The position numbers and the translations under genes were made by a program. A stretch of DNA of 64,000 nucleotides, taken from NCBI GenBank assembly GCA_964016885.1, contig OZ024751.1, positions 13,268,001 through 13,332,000 of the forward strand, given 5' to 3'. The notes under the pieces are model-generated. The model ran no database searches. It had not been told where the DNA came from and worked only from the letters and a program-made list of their open reading frames with translations. The stretch is from Eledone cirrhosa (Eukaryota). Of this stretch, positions 58,773 through 64,000 are shown in pieces. How positions within the stretch are numbered: the first letter of the stretch is position 1; every line of letters starts with the position of its first letter.

Positions 58773-60042
58773 CCAAGAGGAAGGAGCAGCCATTGGTGTT
58801 AGCATTGCAGGCGACATAGCTAACTTATTCATGGTATGGTGGGACAGTAGACTTAAACAAAAACTTAATGAACAATTAGAAGACAGCTTAACCCTGATAA
58901 TGTACTCCCGCTACGTAGATGATATAAACATCGTAGTTAAGACACCCCCACTAAAGAACAGTCAGGAACTAGAGAAAAACACAATGGAAAGCATCCAGCA
59001 AATAGCAAACTCCATCCACCAGAGCATTAGAGTTACTATAGACTACCCAAGTAGACACCCCAACCATCGATTACCTGTACTAGACACAGAGCTCTGGTTA
59101 GATACTATTAACAACCAAAAACAAATCCTCCATTCCCATTATGCCAAACCCATGACTTCCAAACATCTGATCCACCGAAACTCGGCCATTTCGGACCATA
59201 CCAAAATCAACATACTGATTGCGGATTTGGTACGGGTGATGAGAAATGTGTCCCGCATGTGCAGCCCCGAAGAACTAGAGAGACACATACAACACTTCAT
59301 CCACCGTATGCAGTTCTCTGGCTACAATCAGAGAGATAGAATCAGAGTGTATAAAGGAGCCAGAACCAAATGGGAAAAAATGGTAAATAATGACATAAAT
59401 GGGACCTGCCCCTTGTATAGGAGCAAATTTTGGAATAGAATAGAAAGAACTAAGAACAAGGCCAATAGAATAAACTCATGGTATGATAGCAATAAATACC
59501 AGAGTGTAATGTTCATCAATACAACCCCTAGAGGCGAACTAGCCTACAAATTTAGAAGGGCCCTAAAGAAACATAATCTCAATATTAAGATAGTAGAAAG
59601 ACCTGGTACCTCCGTAAAAACACTTATTAGCAAGACATACCCGTTCCAAAGACCCTCATGTATAGATAAGAAATGCATAACCTGTAAAATAAGCCCCCAT
59701 ATTAACTGTAAAACTAGAAATGTAGTATATAGCATAAGATGTACTGAAGGACAATGTAGAAACAAAAATATAGTGTACATAGGTGAGACAGCTCGTAGTA
59801 TAGGGGAACGAATAAATGAACACTGGCGAGACCTCCAAGATAGTAAAGAATCATCTGTGCTCTACCAACATGCTAAGATAGAACACAGGGGTAAATTAGA
59901 GAGCATAGAAATAAAAATAGAATCCACACACAAGAAAGACGCAATGTTTAGGCAAATTACAGAGGCAGTAAGCATAAAAGAATTAAAACCAAAATTAAAT
60001 AGAAAATATGAGTGGAACAGCAACATCACAACTTACAATTAA
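58773..60042 (+). CDS. PLE-1 RT C-half, thumb, Cys-rich linker and GIY-YIG endonuclease (5'-truncated, open)
   Basis: RYVDDI, LPVLD, SGY, CxxxxCxxC linker, NVVYSIRC..C..YIGETARS..ERINEH, RQITEA..PKLN. The linker suggests Neptune/Nematis-like affinity. Confidence 0.92.
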
Positions 60043-60230
60043 GGACAAAATGAAAACACACACACACATAGAACAAACAACTTACAATTGAAAACACACA
60101 CAAGACAAAATGAAAACACACACACACATAGAACAAACAACCAACCAACAATAAATAAATAAATAAACAAACAAATAGAAAAATATAAATAGAAAAATAG
60201 AAAAATGAACACAAACACACACACAGACAC

Positions 60231-60286
60231 CCGGATGTGGCGCATGCGCAAACTGAGCACGCAACCCACACACAAACAAAATGGCG
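60231..60286 (+). promoter_or_regulatory. ETS + NRF1 + YY1-like motif cluster in the PLE-1 pseudo-LTR
   Basis: CCGGATGT, GCGCATGCGC, AAAATGGCG; all three also at 31637-31694, and NRF1/YY1 in PLE-2 at 38354-38446. Confidence 0.5.
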
Positions 60287-60332
60287 TAGGATAGAAGAAA
60301 GGAAAGGCACAGAAACGAAGAAAGAAATCCCC

Positions 60333-60377
60333 AGTCACTGAAGAGGTCACAGAGTGTGTGACGAAAGAACTATGACT
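60333..60377 (+). ncRNA. Minimal type I hammerhead ribozyme in the PLE-1 pseudo-LTR
   Basis: AGTCA-CTGAAGA-G-GTCACA-GAGTG-TGTGAC-GAAA-GAAC-TA-TGACT; perfect stems I and II. Confidence 0.85.
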
Positions 60378-60883
60378 ATATATATATAAACAACTATCTG
60401 GTTGTGGAACCAACCAACCAGAAATTTATAAATTTATAAATTTGTAAACTTATAAATATTTAATAAATTAAATTGAAGTGAAAGCAACTGGTGCGTGTGT
60501 TTCTTATTGGCAACATGACCCTCCCAAAGTATAACAATATCGGTTTCAACACACGATTTCAGATAAAGAATCTTGCTAAACAAATTTAGAAACGAAATAT
60601 ATATATATATATATATATATAAATATATATATATGTACATATATATATATACATATTGAAGATTTCATCTGAATGAAACAGTACTAGTCCTGTAGAAGCT
60701 CCTTCTATAAAATATATATAAATATATATATATATAAATATATATATATATAAATATATATATGTACATATATATATGTACATATATATATGTACATATA
60801 TATATATATGTACATATATATATGTACATATATATATATATATGTACATATATATATATGTACATATATATATATATATGTAC

Positions 60884-60919
<36 letters not shown>

Positions 60920-61049
60920 GTGTGTACATATATATATATATGTACATATATATATGTACATATATATATATATATGTACATATATATATATATGTACATA
61001 TATATATATATATGTACATATATATATGTACATATATATATATATGTAC

Positions 61050-61085
<36 letters not shown>

Positions 61086-61191
61086 GTGTGTACATATATA
61101 CATATATATACATATATGTACATATATATATATATATATACATATATATATGTACATATATATATATATATATACATATATATATGTACAC

Positions 61192-61264
<73 letters not shown>

Positions 61265-61432
61265 TATATGTATATATATACATATATATACGTCTTTAAG
61301 GGCAGTGAACCAGTGGCGCTAGTCCTTCATCAAAAGAAAGAATTAGAAATATATATATATATATATATAGTTATGAAATAAACAACATAAGGCAATTATT
61401 TCATTTACCAGTGGTTTCTTGAAAGCAAACAA

Positions 61433-61466
<34 letters not shown>

Positions 61467-61469
<3 letters not shown>

Positions 61470-61730
61470 GGAGGTGAGTTTTATTGTAGTACAATAAAGC
61501 AATGCAGATATCGGATAAGAAGCACTCTACAGTTTGTAGGACTGGAGTATACATAATATAAGATATGTTGATTTAAAACTGCACTATCCACAAGTGTTTT
61601 TTAGCCTTCATATCATGTTCTCCTGTTTTATCTGATGAAAACACAAATATTATTGCATGATGATGTTTGTTTTTGAAATGCGCATAATAAAATACATGGA
61701 ACTCCTTTAACCATCTTTTGATCTTATATT
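61467..61730. mobile_element. Family P copy with internal inversion (HHR + 61626-61692)
   Basis: 61467-61564 colinear with 55115-55214; the remainder is inverted. Confidence 0.8.
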
Positions 61731-61817
61731 ATATATATATATATATATAATATAAGGGCGGTGCCCCAGCATGGCCTCAGCCGGATGGCTGAAACAGGTA
61801 AAAGAGTATATATATAA

Positions 61818-62003
61818 AACAAAGGAATTGTGGTAAGGAACCAGATGGACCATAACGCACCAGAGTACTCAATACTTAGGGTAGTAGAGTGGGTAATAGG
61901 AAAAAGTATGACCCGACGGCAGACCTCAAGCCGTTTCGACGGCTATTTCTGGAAATAGCCGTCGAAACGGCTTGAGCTCTACCGTCAGGGTCATACTTTT
62001 TCC

Positions 62004-62005
<2 letters not shown>
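61818..62005 (-). mobile_element. Family B short fold-back element
   Basis: Near copy of 670-864 with a different fold point. Confidence 0.8.
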
Positions 62006-62051
<46 letters not shown>

Positions 62052-62554
62052 ATACAGGACTATAATGGTTTTATTCGAAGGAAATCACCAGGAATACATA
62101 GTGAATACATAGTTTAGACAAGATTTGAACGTAGCACCGTGCAAAGCTGTACCCAGAGTATACACAATGCGTCATTCATAATGGGGGCGGTATATACACA
62201 CTTATATACATACGCACACATACACATACACACACACATCACACACATACACACACACATCCATATATGTACACAAACATAATGTAACGATAGCCTATTT
62301 AGTATTGAGGGGGATTAGGGAAAAAAAAACAAAACAATAAAGAAAATAGAACATTTAAGCGGAACAACCAAAGTGTAGTGTACTCCAATATAAAAGAGTA
62401 AAAAGGGGTGGAAGAGGACGGTAAGACGGGATGCTAAGATATCAACAATTATCATCTACTTCTCTAGACCCGCCTTCTCCACATACACTTATAACCTTCA
62501 TCGTCCAAGGGGACATGCTCAAGTTCCGTTCCGTGTTATTTTACTAAACGGTCT

Positions 62555-62596
<42 letters not shown>

Positions 62597-62646
62597 GAGA
62601 GAGGGGGGGGAAGCTAGATATATATATATATATATGAGAGAGAGAA

Positions 62647-62705
<59 letters not shown>

Positions 62706-62845
62706 GGGAGGCGTAATATATATTTGTATATATACATATATATGATGGAAAATATATATATTTGTATATATACAATTATATATATATATATATATATGAG
62801 GGATATATATATATTTGTATATATACATATATATATATGAGGGAA

Positions 62846-62880
<35 letters not shown>

Positions 62881-63575
62881 TGTATGTATGTATGTATGTA
62901 TGTATGTACGTACGTACGTACGTATGTATGTATGTATGTACGTACGTATGTATGTATGTATGTATGTACGCACGCACGCATGCATGCACGTACGTACGTA
63001 CGTACGTACGTACGTATGTATGTATGTATGTATGTATGTATGTATGTATGTATGTATGTATGTATGTATGTATGTACGTATAATGCAGGGCGGGTACGAT
63101 ATAGAATAAAAACAAGTGAAAAAGGTGACGAAAAATGTCAAAATAACGTGTTTTGCTCATCACCATCATCACCACCACCACAACCACCACCACCACCATC
63201 ACCATCACCACCACCATCACCACCACCACCATCACCACCACCATCATCATCATCATTATCATAGGCCTTAATCCAAAGGAAAAACAGCAGCACTACCACA
63301 ATCAGCAACAACAACAACAACAGCACCGGCGTCAACAATTACACGTGATGGCGCCGGTGACTTCCAGTAGCCATTTCCAATAAGGAAGAACTCGGAATGG
63401 TGTGGGTGATGGCGGCGTTGGTGGTGGTAATAGGGTGTTGGGTATACTTATTTACATGTGTGTGTGTGGGTGCATGTGGGTGTATGTGTGTGTGTGTGGG
63501 TGCATGTGGGTGTATGTGTGGATATATGTATGTATGTATGTCTATAATGGTTTCTAACTTTACATTACTATTGGT

Positions 63576-63611
<36 letters not shown>

Positions 63612-63621
63612 TATATATATT

Positions 63622-63669
<48 letters not shown>

Positions 63670-63723
63670 TATATATATAGTAGAAACAATTATATATATA
63701 TATTATATATATATATATATATA

Positions 63724-63883
63724 TAATTGTTTCTACTTTTGGCACAAGGCCAGCAAATATTTTCGACCCCGTAAGGATGAAAGGCAAAGTTAACCTCGGC
63801 GGGATTTGAACTCAGACCATAAAGGGCCGTAACTCTTTGCTGCAAAGCATGGCGTCCGACCCTCTACCGATACTGCCAATCCA
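63724..63883 (-). mobile_element. SINE family 1 (a partial + copy follows at 63903-64000)
   Basis: A/B boxes, body and tail. Confidence 0.85.
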
Positions 63884-64000
63884 CCGTCATTATATATATA
63901 TAAGGTTGACTTTGCCTTTCATCCTTACGGGGTCGATAAAACAAAGTACCAGTAATGCACTGGGTAATTGCTGGCCTTGTGCCTAACGTAGAAACAATTA

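Noticed and set aside
57933-58832. 299-aa minus ORF as an independent gene
   Set aside because: Its N- and C-termini are read-through across inversion junctions; only 57977-58735 is real RT.
58732-60042. Assignment to the Naiad/Chlamys clade
   Set aside because: Those have an N-terminal EN and lack canonical HHRs; this element has a C-terminal EN and an HHR.

Overview
Repeat-saturated, AT-rich animal genomic DNA. It is most likely an octopod cephalopod, inferred from extreme (TA)n/(CA)n density and the style of the abundant tRNA-derived SINE. No host protein-coding gene can be supported, and almost all long ORFs in the track are microsatellite artefacts. Real coding remnants are all retroelements: Penelope-like elements (PLEs; RT + C-terminal GIY-YIG at 57977-60042, 50637-51625, 48851-49050, 39928-40200), RTE LINEs and a CR1/L2-like LINE. 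There are also Helitron, hAT and Tc1/mariner MITEs and two SINE families. The main hidden signal is a dense community of about 14 sequence-unrelated small elements embedded in (TA)n. Each carries a type I hammerhead ribozyme (HHR) fold, and nearly all are inserted as fold-back (inverted) structures. Four can be reassembled as circularly permuted or head-to-tail monomers of about 320, 465, 470-500 and 540 nt with one HHR each, which is retrozyme-like and suggests circular RNA templates. The HHRs show recurrent non-canonical cores (U3-A8 covariation, U10.1.U11.1) and palindromic stem III loops. All folds were read by eye and none were computed or tested; coordinates may be off by a few nt.
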